This document shows positions 14,313 through 29,900 of a stretch of DNA of 64,000 bases, piece after piece (the stretch's first letter is position 1; the number at the start of each line of letters is the position of its first letter). The notes beneath the pieces are model-generated. The model searched no databases, was not told the origin of the DNA, and worked only from the letters and a program-made list of their open reading frames with translations. This stretch comes from the human T2T-CHM13v2.0 reference genome, Homo sapiens, in the NCBI RefSeq assembly GCF_009914755.1, contig NC_060937.1, one strand, 5' to 3'. The position numbers and the translations under genes were made by a program.

Positions 14313-16937
14313 ATACACAAGAATATATATAGATTTACACATGTACATCTGAAATAAATAGTTCTAAGGCTTTGAGCTCCCATCTTCTGCTCCAATTATC
14401 CTTTTGAGCTAATGCCCTATAAACTGTATTTAAAGTTTATTTTGAACTTTCAAAATTGCAGCCACACACATTATCTTTACAGTCACTAGAAAAAATGGAA
14501 TTGAATCAGTTAATCATAAGTCAGGGGGAGGAAAAAAACAAATGACAATTGTTCCTTTGAAACCATAGAGAAAATCTGACAGCACACTCTGTAGTGTGAT
14601 TCATATTACTTTTTTGAGAACAAGCCCTGTCTTTAATCTGTTATTTGGTTTCAAACCTGCTTTTGATCCATTATTCACTTTGAATTCAACCTTTGTTCAG
14701 ACATTCACTTTAGCCATATATTCCAAAATTGTACCCACAGTTCAGAAAGATGGTCCAGTGCAACAGCAGCATTTTCTTAATTTCCCATATGATAGAAGTA
14801 TATAGCAAGCTCCTCTCACCTCGCTCTAGCTCCAAGAAACATAATAATTTTGATCCAGGATATTAGAAAAAAATATTTTTGTATTGTTAACTACATGCAC
14901 TAGCCAAGTGTTTTCCAGCACTTCTTTCAATGAAAAGTAGAATTCTGGGTGAAGCATCTTATCTGTATGTGTTGGTTTGTTCTAGTCAGTGGCCAATAAA
15001 TAGCATTTTTCTTTACTGCCTGAAAACTGAGAAATAATATAAAACAATAAAGAAGACAAACAAAATATCATTATTGTTACTTAAAATGGCTAGTTTGCAG
15101 AGATAGCACAATGTGACAGCCACGTGGGGCTGCTTCTTAAATGGCCAGGATTGCCAAGTCTCTGGGAGTACAGGATGGGAGCAGGCACCTCTGCTGAGCT
15201 GAGGCTCAGGGGCAACAGCAGTTGAGTTCATCCTTGGGACTGATTGCACTGAAGTGTTACTCTTTCCAAGTTATCCAATCATCAAATTAAGTTACCTCCT
15301 TAGAGATAATGTGAGTGAAAGGACAAATAGAAGCCAAAAATACTGCTGGGAAAATTCCTCCTCAGAGATACCAGGAGTGGGAAAAAAGGTATTTATTTCT
15401 AACAGTCTGAAAAGTTACTTTATAGTTTGAAAATACATTGCTTTCTTAAATAAATTTAGTCCCCCAAATAATCTTGTTTAAATGATTGAATTAGTGAATT
15501 CTCTTTTCATGAAACTTTAAAAAGTTTAATTTTTAAATAATTCTTTAAAATTCTGGATGAATGTGTTCCAAATCATATAGTATTGATTCACAAAGTACTT
15601 CTAATAAATATCGTTTTGTTCTCAGGACATGTTCTCAGTATTACTTGATAACTCCCTTTAACCGCAGAGCAACTTTTGTTACAAATGATTTTCAGAAAAT
15701 GAATTACAATTTCTCACTGGCAACTTGTGACTAATCTTGGGCTGCTGAAATTATATTAGTGCATTTGAACCATAATTTGATTATTCTCACACTGAAAACA
15801 TAATACCTAATAATGTTTCATTTTGAAAAAAATTCACTGTTTTTCTTAGTTCATAATTAACCACATTTTTATGAGCTTTCAAAGAATTAAAGTATTTCTA
15901 ATGAAAGTTAAAGATTTTAAATACTGTTAGATTTAAATTGTTTATTTTTGACAATATATATGAAGTTTTAACCATATATCTGAATCTAATAATTTTTATA
16001 GTACTTTTTTTGACATATAGCTGGGTAACCTAGTTAAATAGTACTCATATTTATTTAACATATCTACTGTAATTATCCCTGTCTCCTTTTCTGTTGCTCT
16101 TTCTCTCCCCAAAATCTTTGTGTAGGTATTCTGTTTTTATAAAGTATTTTTTCCACAGGTTTTAATGAATGTGTGTCGCAAATGCATAATTTAATGTTTT
16201 GGGCATATTTCAGCAACAGGGAGGTATAATTTGAAGATAGTACGCAAGTGATTATTATACCCTAGGCCATCACTATTGAGAAGCTTACCTTGGTATATAA
16301 ACTTCCATTTAATTTCACATCCTTCTCTTCTCAGCCTGAACAGTTAATCCTTCCCACACCAATCCTATGAAAATCTCCAGTTTCTTCTTGCTTTGGTCTT
16401 CTACCCCATTCATCTTGCTAACATTAACCTTTGCAATAACTCCAATACTGTTCATGAGTTTCCAAATGTAACTTGACTCTGAAAGCTGATGTAAAGTGTT
16501 CTCTCTTCAAAGTCTTTTTCAACTTCTAGTGTTAGAATTTATTGACAGTATTCCTATACCCTTGTTTCAGGCTGTTGCTTGCTTGCTCACTTTCTCGCCT
16601 TCTCACCTTTCAGACTGAGCGGCTTGAGTAAAGGGACTATGCATGCTGAAAAATAGAATTCCAGCCTATTAAAAAGAAAAATCTCACAGGTTCTTTCCGT
16701 CTCATGACATACACTCATTCCCCCTCCCAGACCTCACTGTCTCAAATATACACAGACAACTAAGAAAGTCAGAATTATTGGCTAATACTGTTGCTATATA
16801 TCTCCGTTTTTGGAGGAATGTATAAATAGGATCAAATACAATAGTAGAAATGTGTACCATGTATTACCTATTATAGGATATTATATCACTACTTAGTTTG
16901 ATATTTCTATTGATACAAAAACTTACTATATATGCTT

Positions 16938-18010
16938 TATCAGGGAACCTGCCCCAATAGTCACATAGGTTCTTTTCTAATTTCCCTAAGCGTCGGCCGG
17001 TTTGAGAAATAAAGGGACAGAGTTCAAAAGAGAGAAATTTTAAAGCTGGATGTCCAGGGGAGATGTCATATGTCAGTAGGTTCCGTGATGCCCCACAAGC
17101 CGCAAAACCAGTAAGTTTTTATTAGGGATTTTCAAAGGGGAGGGAGTGTACGAATAGGGTGTGGGTCACAGAGATCACGTGCTTCACAAGGTAATAGAAT
17201 ATCACAAGGCAAATGGAGACAGGGCGAGATCACAGGACCACAGGACCTGGGTGAAATTAAAATTGCTAATGAAGTTTTGGGCACCATTGTCATTGATAGC
17301 ATCTTATCAGGAGACAGGGTTTGAGAGCAACCGGTCTGACCAAAATTTATTAGGCGGGAATTTCCTCATCCTAATAAGCCTGGGAGCGCTATGGGAGACT
17401 GGGGCTTGTTTCATCCCTACAGTCTTGACCGTAGAAGACCGTCACATCCAAGGGGGCCATTTTAGAGGCCCACCCTCAGGGGCACATTCTCTTTCTCTTT
17501 CTCAGGGATGTTCCTTGCTGAGAAAAAGAATTCAGCGATATTTCTCCCATTTGCTTTTGAAAGAAGAGAAATGTGTCTCTGTTCCGCCCAGCTCACTGGT
17601 GGTCAGAGTTTAAGGTTATCTCTCTTATTCCCTGAACATTGCTCTTACCCTGTTCTTTTTTCAAGGTGCCCAGATTTCACATTGTTCAAATACACATGCT
17701 CTACAATTTGTGCAGTTAACGCAGTTATCACAGGGTCCTGAGGTGACATACATCCTCCTCAGCTGACAGGATTAAGAGATTAAAGTAAAGACAGGCATAG
17801 GAAATCACAAGGATATTGATTGGGGAAGTGATAAGTGTCCATGAAATCTTCACAATTTATGTTTAGAGATTGCAGTAAAGACAGGCATAAGAAATTATAA
17901 AAGTTTTAATTTGGGGAACTAATAAATGTCCATAAAATCTTCACAATCCATGTTCTTCTGCTATGGCTTCAGCTGGTCCCTCCATTCGGGGTCCCTGACT
18001 TCCAGCAACA
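16938..18010 (-). mobile_element. MER11C-like solo LTR (HERV-K11/HML-8)
   Basis: Minus strand begins TGTTGCTGGAAGTCAGGGACCCCGAATGGAGGGACCAGCTGAAGCC. Length 1073 bp. Characteristic internal duplication at about 17780-17950. TSD tgctt (16933-16937 / 18011-18015). Confidence 0.9.
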
Positions 18011-18070
18011 TGCTTATTATTGGAGGCTCAGAAAGATTTGGTAAATTACTTTATTAGATGTGATGGTTTC

Positions 18071-19756
18071 ATTGCTCAAAGAAATCAGAGATGACACAAA
18101 TAAATGAAAAAACATTCCATGATCATGGATAGGAAGAATCAATATCGTGAAAATGGCCATACTGCCCAAAGCAATTTATAGATTCAATGCTATTCCCATT
18201 AAACTATCATTGACATTCTTCACAGAACAAGAAAAAACTATTTTAAATTTCATATGGAAACAAACACAAGCCTGAATCAAGGCAGTCCTAGGCAAAAAGC
18301 ACAAAGCTGGAGGCATCATGCTACCCAAATTCAAACTATCCTACAGGGCTACAGTAACCAAAACAGCATGGTACCAGCACAAGAACAGACACATAGAACA
18401 ATGGAACAGAATAGAGAACACAGAAATAAGACTGCACACCTACAACTATCTGATCTTTTACAAACCTGACAGAAGCAAGCAATGGGGAAAGGATTTCTTA
18501 TTTAATAAATGGTGCTAGGATAACTGGCTAGCCATATGCAGAAAATTGTAACTGGACCCCTTCCTTACACCATCTATAAGAAATCAGCTTAAAGATTTAA
18601 TGTAAAACCCAAAACTAAAAAGCCTAGAGGAAAACCTAGGCAATACCATTCAAGACATAGGCAAGGGCAAAGATTTCATGATGATGATACCAAAGCAATT
18701 GGAACCAAAGGAAAAATTGACAAATGGGATCTAATTAAACTAAAGAGCATCTGCACAGCAAAAGAAATGATCAACAGAGTAAACAGACAACCTACAGAAT
18801 GGGAGAAAATTTTTGCAAACTATGCATCTAACAAAGGTCTAATATCCAATATCTATAAGAAACTTGAACAAATTTACAAGAAAATAAACCAAACGACCCA
18901 ATTAAAAAGTGAGCAAATGACATGAACTGACACTTCTCAAAAGACATACATGCAGCCAATAAACATGAAAAAAGCTCAACATCACTGGTCATTAGAGAAA
19001 TGAAAATCAAAACCATGATGAGATGCCATCTCATACCAGTCAGAATTACTGTTATTAAAAAGTAAAAAAAAAAAAAAAATAGCAGATGTTGGTGAGATTG
19101 TGGGAAAAAGGAATGCTTTTACACTGTTGGTGGGAGTGTAAGTTAGCTCAACCATTGTGAAAGGCAATGTGGCAATTTCTCAAAGACCTAGAACCAGAAA
19201 TACCATTTAACCCAGCAATCTCATTACTGAGTATATACCCAAAGGGATATAAATTATTCTATTATAAAGACACATGAACACATGTGTTTATTGCAGTACT
19301 CTTCAAAATAGCAAACACATGGAATCAACCTAACTGCCCATCAGAGATAGACTGGATAAAGAAAATGTGGTGCATATACACAGTGGAGTACTATACAGCC
19401 ATATAAAAGAACAAGATAATTTCCTTTGCAGGGACATGAATGGAGCTGGAGGCCATTATCCTTAGCAAACTAATGCAAGAAAAGAAAACTAAATACTGTA
19501 TATTCTCACTTATACGTGGGAGCTAAATGATGAAAACACATGGCTACAAAAAGGGGAACAACAGACACTGGGGCCTACTGGAGGGCAGAGGGTGGAAGGA
19601 GAGAGAGGATCAGGAAAAAATAACTAAGGGATACTAGGCTTAATACTTGGGTGATAAAATAATCTGTATAAGAAACCTTCTTGACACATGTTTACCTAGT
19701 TAACAAACCTGAACATCCTGCACATGTACTCCTAAATTTAAAATAAAAGTTAAAAA
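18071..19756 (+). mobile_element. 5'-truncated L1PA13-16-type element (ORF2 3' end plus 3' UTR)
   Basis: ORF 18318-18518 encodes [32 protein letters not shown]...[13 protein letters not shown] (L1 ORF2). 3' UTR gatactaggcttaatacttgggtgat...aaaataaaagttaaaaa. Confidence 0.92.
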
Positions 19757-20289
19757 CAATTACTCCATTGAAGTACAAAGGTAGAAAGTTATGTATACTG
19801 CCAATCTGCATGTGCCCAAGCCCTTTGCAGGCCCACCATGATACCCCCAAAGAACTCTGAGGAACCTTTTTCTAAAGTGCAACAATTTCTAAAAATAAAT
19901 TAAGCAAATTTACAGTTGAAAAATGTGTTTTTTAGTCCAAAACAAAATAACTAAGAATAGTCTTCTTACTAGGGTAACTTCAATAAAATATTCATCTTCA
20001 AATTCCAGTCTCTAGGCAAATTTAATTTCTGAAAGAAAGAAACTGATTATTCCCTTTAGGAAAAACTAAATTCTTTGATACATTAGCTATGGAAGATAGA
20101 GACAAATTTATATAACACAAAAATTGTCAAAGTTTAATTAATGACAGAAAAATTTTAGACACTTGATGCCTGCTATAATCACTTAAGGTAATATTAAATA
20201 TAGAAATGCTCAAAGTAAAATTTTGCTTTATGTATTTTGCTACTATGTCAGTGCATTCACAAAAAGATAACTTTTTTTTTCATTGTTAT

Positions 20290-20830
20290 TGTTGGGAATA
20301 TAACTGTCACTCAAAGTCTTTCATTTGAAGGTACCCTCCATGTCTTTGGTTGTCTTTGTGATATATTTATTTTGTGTTCTGAAGTTTTATATTTATGAGT
20401 TGATTTTGCTTATCCTGCTTGAGATTTTCTTGACCTTTTTTTTCAATATGTAGTTTGGTTAAGTATGTTTTACTGAATGCAGTGTTTTACTTCAGTTTTG
20501 TAGCATTAAAAAAAATCCCATCTTAAATTGCTTCTGTCAGTTATCTATTTCCTCTCCTACTAGATCTTCCTTATATTTTATAAGATCTTCTCACATTATC
20601 TTTCATAATTTTAATCCTTTATGTTTTCCATCTAATTGTCTTTCAGTGTTGTTTTCTGAATAATTGCTTCTGATATATTTTCCATTTCATTAATTTTTCA
20701 CTCAGCAGTGTCTACTCTGAAGTCAAATAAATCCGTCAAGTTTTTATATCAGCTGTTTTCTTCTGTTCCTATACATATATTTTGATTATTCTAAAGATAT
20801 GCTAGGTCATTTTTATATTATTATTATCTC
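20290..20830 (-). mobile_element. Very old L1/HAL1 ORF1-region fragment
   Basis: Degenerate antisense ORF1-like T-rich sequence (ttatcctgcttgagattttcttgacc, aaattgcttctg). Confidence 0.45.
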
Positions 20831-20939
20831 ATTTTAAAAGTTATAGAGGTAGTGGTATTATAGTTCCTGCAATCTTGACATTTGCAACCTAATGAAATGA
20901 GCTGGCTTTTTATCCTTCATCCACCCACTAAATGTGTTC

Positions 20940-22368
<1,429 letters not shown>

Positions 22369-22954
22369 GGTTCTATGCTTTGGAGTTTTTTTCTTCTTAC
22401 TATGAATGCCATCTTTACCTGATGCTCACTCTTCACAATCTAAATATTCCTCATTTCTTTATGGTTCAATGCAACTCATCTTCTCCAAAGCACATTTGCT
22501 GACCACACCAGCCCTCCATTTCCCACATACTTGAACTGTATCAATCATCATGACACTTACTGATCAATCTTGTATTAGGATATAAATAGATTAAATGCAT
22601 TTTTTTTCTATCCAATTCATGAGTGTGTCCCTAATCTCCGGAAGGGGAATATAAGGTGGGAGTGGCAGGTATGCAAATGGACCAAACATGCACTACAGTG
22701 TCCCTTTGTGATTTCCTCCTTCACTCTCTGTTGGACAAATGACGATGTTATTATTTGGAAAATAGTAATAGAGAAAGTGACCAAAATTTTTAAAATTACA
22801 ATGTAATTGATGTTTTACAATTTCAAATTAATATCTGCAAATTAAGCTATGTAGAGTTTTTTCTAGATCAGTTTATTCATTGTAATAGGTTTACCACAGA
22901 TAAATAATGAGAAATTGACATAAAATTGTATCTCCAACTGTTCTTTTGACTCTC

Positions 22955-23453
22955 TGTAGTAGTTTTTTATTGCTGTGTGACAGATTTCCAAAAACGTAGT
23001 AGCTTAATATGTTGTTGACACATTATTATTTCACAATTTTTGTGGGTCATAAATCTGCCATGGATTTGTAGAGTCTTTTGCTCATTATCTCACTTGGCTG
23101 AAATCAAAATGTCAGGTGATGCTCTGATTTTACCTGTAGCTCATGGGCCTCTTGCAAGCTCATTGGTTTGTTAGAAGAATGCATTTCCTAGTGTTGTAGG
23201 ACTGAGGTTCCTGATTCTTAGTTTTCAGCAACCAGCTCCTAGGGCCCACCCAACATTTTCTGCATCATGTCCCTCTCCCGTATTTTGAGTTTGTTCCTTT
23301 AAGACCAGCAGAAAACCTCTGTTACTGCTTCTTAACTGCTTTAATGACTCAACTTATATCCCATTATATTCACAGCTATTGCCGTACTCAAAAGGGAGAG
23401 CATTATTCAAGGTTTGTACGCCAGGGATATAAGTATTATAATTCTGAATACCA
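22955..23453 (-). mobile_element. MLT1E/F-type MaLR solo LTR
   Basis: tgtagtagttttttattgctgtgtgacagatt...caagctcattggtttgttagaagaatgcatttcctagtgttgtaggactgaggttcc. Confidence 0.75.
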
Positions 23454-24273
23454 TCCTTGCTAAATGATTTTGTGTAAATATTTATGGTCTTAGTTTCCAA
23501 AAATGAAAAGTATAAATAAAATAAATAGCCCTAAAATTGTTTTATAATGTATATAATTCTAAGCCTTAAAATGAGCTAAGTTTGAAAATGTGTAAGTGAA
23601 TTCCTCTCTATTTTAGATATTTTCTTCTTCCAAAGGGCTTAATATATAATTTGCCATCAGTCACAAAGGACATTTGTTGATCAAATTTAGTCTGCACAAA
23701 TGAATAGACCTCTGTTAAGTGAGTAGCACATACAATATATAGTTTCAGGCTAAAATCATTATTTCTTTATTGATAGAAACAAAGAAAAAAACATTTGGTA
23801 TTTCAAACTTCAATGCACAATGATAAAAATTAGTTAATAAATATAGGATTGTATTCGACTATCAAATGATCATATATAAACTTTTTAAATCTGTCTGCCT
23901 TGACGATTCTATTAAAGTGAATAAAAGAGCAAGACAACTTATAGAATGCTTAAATAAATGAGCAAAGCAAAGCTTTTCAACCATGATCTGTCATGTGAAA
24001 AGTATATAGCATATTGACTTCTTGACAAGTTTTGTCACCTGTAGGAAAAAGACATTCTTGTTTATGGAACTTGTAGGCATGCTCTGAAACTTATAATGCT
24101 TAACTGTCAAATCCTCTGAGTACAAGTAAAATATAGAAGCATTTAATTTATCACAGGGCCATTTTAATCTTGATTTTTAAAGAACACAAGAGCTGTCATG
24201 GTTTCTTTAAAAGGTACACCTGGGAGTTTTGTCACTCTTCCATAAAATTCCCTAAGTTGTTAAGAATCCAGGC

Positions 24274-24600
<327 letters not shown>

Positions 24601-24929
24601 CTAGACTAAGTATACTGCTATTTTTGTGATTCTTTTTAGAATAACATATCTTTTTTTAATTTAAACATCTTTTTTTTCATAGATGATATACTTACCAGTA
24701 TACTTGTCAGTTTCAAACTTAATTTAAGGAATTAACGAAAAGGGGGGAAAAACTCTATGCTTTCTGAGACATTTGCCAGTTAAACGTTCTTGCAATTCTG
24801 TTAAGTATAACCATAATTTCAGAATAATCATATTTTCCAATATAGTTTATGTTTAAGAATATAATAGTCCTTCTGAATGCAAGAATATTTTGAAATTAAT
24901 TGAGTTTGTCAGTCTGTTGTATAAGACAT

Positions 24930-25920
24930 TTCTGACTTTCTGTTTCTGGTAATAACAGATTATAACATTAGGACTATACCAACTCTGAGGAGAGGAATAA
25001 CATCAGGATAAAATATATTATTAAAATTTTCTTAGGAGTATAAAGAATTAACAAGACAATAAAGAAATACCACAAGAAAAGGAAACTCTGAGAAATAAGT
25101 GAGTTTTGAATCTACTTTTGCCTTGAGGGCATATTCAGGTTTTAGAAAATTGAAACTCCACTGGTAAGGGTAATCAAATTCAAAGCAAAGGGCAACTGAA
25201 AGCAGTGAATTTTAAAAAGGAAAGAAAGGAAAAAGAAAGAAGGAAGAGAGAAAGAAAGAAAAAAGGAAGAAAAAAAGAAGAGACAAACAAAAAGAAAAAA
25301 CTCTTTTGCAATAACATTCTGGGACCTCAGCGAATAACACCCTCAGGACAAGACAGAATTAGAGCCTCCTTCTCTCAGAGAATTTTGTGTGGAGAATCTC
25401 AGAAACTTTATACTATGAAATTGGTTTAAGCTTGTTCTAGGTCAGCATTGTTGGCAGATCCTTGGCAGAAAAAAAAATGCCTGTATATTCTAAAGGAAAG
25501 TAAAAACTTCAACCTAGGCCTCACATTTTGCTATCAATAATATTTCAAGTTCAATGTTCATCACATAGTAAAGAATAATTAGACACAAAAGATAAAAACA
25601 GTAAGATGTCACGAGTAACAACTACAGGATAAATGATAAGGAAACAAAAACAGACCATTAAGGGCTTTAGCTATTAGTATAACATAGACTATAAATAAAC
25701 TGCATATAAAAATGTTTAAAAAACGACCACCTTGATGACACCTACAAGGAAGATAAAATTATACAAAGAATTAGAGCAAATTTGGAAAATAAACATCAAT
25801 ATTCTGAGTGAAACTAGCAATAACTAAAATACTAATAAAGCTAAAGAGAAAATTAGTAAACTGAATACCGGAACAGAAAAAAATTATTAAGAGCACTGAA
25901 AGAAAATACAAAAGAGATTA
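24930..25920 (+). mobile_element. Ancient L1/HAL1 5' and ORF1 fragment with a purine-rich tract at about 25215-25300
   Basis: ctgactttctgtttctggtaataac start; A-rich ORF1-like aaagctaaagagaaaattagtaaactgaa. Confidence 0.5.
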
Positions 25921-27474
25921 TTTACCAACTGATAACATTGCCGTCTATTCAACAGCTTGTCAAATAGGAAAAGAGGCAAGATCAATCTTTCTCACTTCAA
26001 TCTTCCAGGATTATAATTCTGTGATTTCAGTGATGTGGACTAAAGCAAGTGATTTAAGTTTTTCATGTCTCAGTTCTATTATGTATGCCATTTATTTGTT
26101 ACATTCTATTTCTCAAGTCTCTTTTATCTAAAAAGTCCTGCAGTACTCTGATACTTTTGTGAAAATGTTGCTAATATATTTTCAGAAGAAAATCAGGATT
26201 TTATCAGCAATAATGAAGCAAATTAGTAAATAAATCAGTGGTGAAAAAAATTTGCTACTGGAAAAAGCAAACTTTCTAATGGGAAGAAAGGGCAGTGTCT
26301 TATAATTTCCTTAATATAAAAAAGAACCAAAGAACAAGCTCTATGTAAAGTCTATATAGTAGACTTTAATGGAAACAAGAAAAAGAATTTGTTTAAATAT
26401 TGAGGAGAGTTAAAAGAATACTTAGAATTTTTTCCCTTGTCCTATTTGAGAAGCACCTTGGGTAGATGGCAATGCTATTATTTGGTAAATAATCTCTTTT
26501 ATATTTTCTTTCCGTGCTCTTGATGATTTTTTTTCTGTTTCATTGTGCAGTTTACTAATTTTCAGATTTTTTTTTTCCTCTCTTGCTAGGCCTATGAAAG
26601 ACCAAGGAACATAATGGAGATAAGGATGAATTCTGTTCCAGTTTAATTCTGTAAATATTCTATAATAAATAAATTAATGTGAACATGAAAGTCAGATGAA
26701 GACAATACTATTAACTCATAAAAATCACAATTATAATCAGGTCGATTCTCACACAGGGTTATCATTTATTTTGCCATATAAAGGAAATGTAAGACAATTA
26801 ACAGTTTCCAAATTAGCTTGATGGGAGAAAACTTACAATAGGGCAATCCATTACTTACTAATGAAGTTACATTCCATAAAGGAGTTCCTCTAAGGAATTT
26901 CCTTTTGAAATAATATTTATGTGTAGTTTAGCAGAGGTGAGCATTGATTGCTTATCTCAATTGCAAAGTTAGCAAGTTCCCCAGAGGAAAAAGCACACAG
27001 ATTGTTTGACTGAATTGTTGTGGGTGGTTTAAAATTATGATGAACGGCAATGTAAAAATAGAAACCATGTGGGTTTCTTTATTTTGCTTGAAGGGAATGC
27101 TACTAATTTATTTTTCCTATAAAAAGTCAATGAAATTAGAATTTACATTTTGGTTCCAAATTGGCAATGATGAAGGGGAGATTAAATTAATGAGCTTGTT
27201 ATAGTTATTAGTTCTACATTGTTCATTTTAGCCCAGCCACGGAATGTGAGGCTGACTCTCAGCAAAAAATACTTGATAAAGGGAAATAAATGATACAAAT
27301 TTGATATAAAGTAATGTGGTTGTTGACTCTATATGTGAATATGAATTTAGAACAGTCGATAAAAATTTACAGTACTATGTCTTACAGAAATGTAGAAAAG
27401 CATACAATATCATTTGACTCTAGACATCTACAATGAAGTTGGTTGTTTGTACAGTTATTTCAAACCCATAATGG

Positions 27475-29900
27475 CCTATCATTTATTTATCTGTACAATA
27501 AAAAAATCTAGTGCACACTTGATTCTGAGAAAAAGCCGAAATTCCTGCCATCGAGGAATTTACAGTATAATGTGGAAGATAGGCCAAAAACATAAAAACA
27601 AATAAATAATTTTAGAATTATAAATGTATTGAGACATTGTGAAGAGTTCAGTGATAGAAATACATGAGTGAGGTGGGTAGAGAATTAGATGTGGAGGGCG
27701 ATGTCTGCCAGTTAATATGAGACTTGAAGTTTAAAATGAGACAACTGTGTAATAAAACAAATAATAACTTCCATGCAGTGCAAATGGTTTGTCTTGGGGT
27801 AGAAAAGGGTGTGGTGTATTTAAAGGATGCACAGAGTTCATTGTGATTGGAATATGGAGAATCAGAATAAGCACTGTTTAAAATGTGATTGAAAATATAC
27901 ATGGGAGCCAGGGCTTGTTGGGCATGTGCATGATTTAGATTTTGTCCAAAGTTCTATGATAAGTCAATAGAAGAGTTTTATGAGGTATGACAGTCTGATT
28001 TATGGCTTTACAGAAAAAAAAAAAAGATGACCTACACTGCTTTGTGTTTTAACAATCCTTGGCAGTTAAGAGTGTGGAGGACAAGACTAGAAGTCAGGAG
28101 ACCAATAAGAGATTATGGCAACAGCTCAGCCAAGATGCAGCCTGAATTATAATAACAGCACTGGAGAGGAAGAGAAGGAGACAAATATTAGATTTATTTT
28201 GATAGTAGCAATAACAGTGCTTGCGGTATTTTGGACAGAGGGAGATAGAGGAGAGGGAAAAATAAAGAAAGCCTCCAGAGATATTGCTTGAGAAGCTGTG
28301 TGAACGACCGAGTCATTTACTGAGATAAATACATTCAGATTTCTGTGGATAAGGAGAAATTGTCATGTGCACCATGGACATGTTAGTTTTGAGATTTGTA
28401 TACACACCAAGCAAGCTGGCATTAACAATAGGCAGAAAAGAGATCCAACGAGAAGGTTAAGAGTATTAGCAGCCATAGGAATAAAGTGTAGAGAGCAAAG
28501 AGCAAAGGGCAGGGGAGTAAGCCCTGAAGAGTCTAATATGAAGCTGTCAGGAAGGGTACTGGAAAGGCAATTAGAAAAAACAAGATAAGATCCATGTTCT
28601 TGAAGCTAAAGGAGAATATGGTTTTCAGAAGAAGGGAATGCAGCTGTGATAAAGGGTGTTGGTTAGACAAATAAGAGCATAAAATGATCACTGAATTTGA
28701 CAAAAGTAGAGTTGCTAGAGATCTTGACAAAAAACATTTTCATGTAGTAACCAGGAAAGAAGCTGAACTCTAGAGCACTGAGGAATAAATAGAATATGAG
28801 AAAGTAGAGTCCCAGACACTAATTATTTCCAGAAGTTTATCTACATAGGTGAGCATAGGAATGGAGAAGTTGCTGACAAGAATTGTGGAGAAACCTGAGG
28901 TTTTTAAAGAATATGAAATAGCAAGACAAGTTTATATGCTTATATATATCTACTAGATAGGGAGATATTGATGGTTGAAGAGAGGAGAGGAATGAATGAA
29001 CAATGAGGAGAATACCTTGAAATAGATAAAGAAGATGGGACCCAGAGTAAATGTTATCGAATAATAAGGAGGGATAAAATTTAAATTTAACCCAAGAGAA
29101 CAAAATAAATGCACATGCAAGAAGGTTACATGATAAGTAGAAATTTGAGGGAATTCTAAACTGATGATTTATGTATTCTTAATGAATTAGAAGCAAGTTC
29201 ATTATCTGAAATTGATTAAGCAGATTGGATGGTTGAAGAATGCTAAAGTGTTTGAGGAGAAAAGATAATATATGAAATTATTTTTTAGAATAGAATCATA
29301 AACTTTCCACATAAATGTTTTTGAATTGCCATAGAATGTTGAGTGTCCTTTTTACATTTGATATCACAAATTTAACTTAAAATTTCACTTTAAATTAACC
29401 AAACTGGCTATGAGCTTTCATTTTGATATATTCATACTTGCTTTTGAGTAGACTTTGTTGGGTCCTTATCCTATAAAGTTTCTTCCGAGTGAACAGGGTA
29501 GAAGACTAGTAGAATGGGAATTCAGTATTTTTGCAAAGGAGAATGTATTTTGATGGATCATGAAATCTAAGAAGACAGAAGCATGTTGATAGAGAATGGT
29601 GCATTTAGTATCTTGGAGATGATGAAGATCTACTTTAAAAGGTGCGCTGGCTGTGTGAAATATTGGGACAAGTGAGTGGGATTTGATATCTTGATATTAG
29701 ATATTTTGGAATTGGTAAGCTTAGGAGTATATGACTGAGAAGGAGTAGAGTGGTCAATAGAGATGAGTAAAGAAACAGGTAAGACAGCGTATTTCAGGGA
29801 ATAATAATAGAAAACATGGTGAGGTCACAGGACCTTGATTAGGAGGTGGAAACGAAGGGAAGGTTGATAAATGACAGCAATATTGAGCATTCTCAGCTTT
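27475..29900 (-). mobile_element. Long L2 remnant
   Basis: Antisense L2 hallmarks: gatttagattttgtcc, caagactagaagtcaggagaccaataagag, gtcatttactgagataaa, gatcactgaatttgacaaaagtagagttgctagagatcttgac. Confidence 0.75.

Noticed and set aside
17161-17613. 150-aa ORF
   Set aside because: It lies antisense within the MER11 LTR, starts at GTG and has no protein similarity that I recognise.
17780-17950. Direct repeat of about 90 bp (aaagacaggcata...aaatcttcacaat)
   Set aside because: It is an intrinsic feature of the MER11 consensus, not specific to this locus.
25205-25429. Lys/Arg/Glu-rich ORF resembling an NLS protein
   Set aside because: It is the translation of a low-complexity A/G tract.
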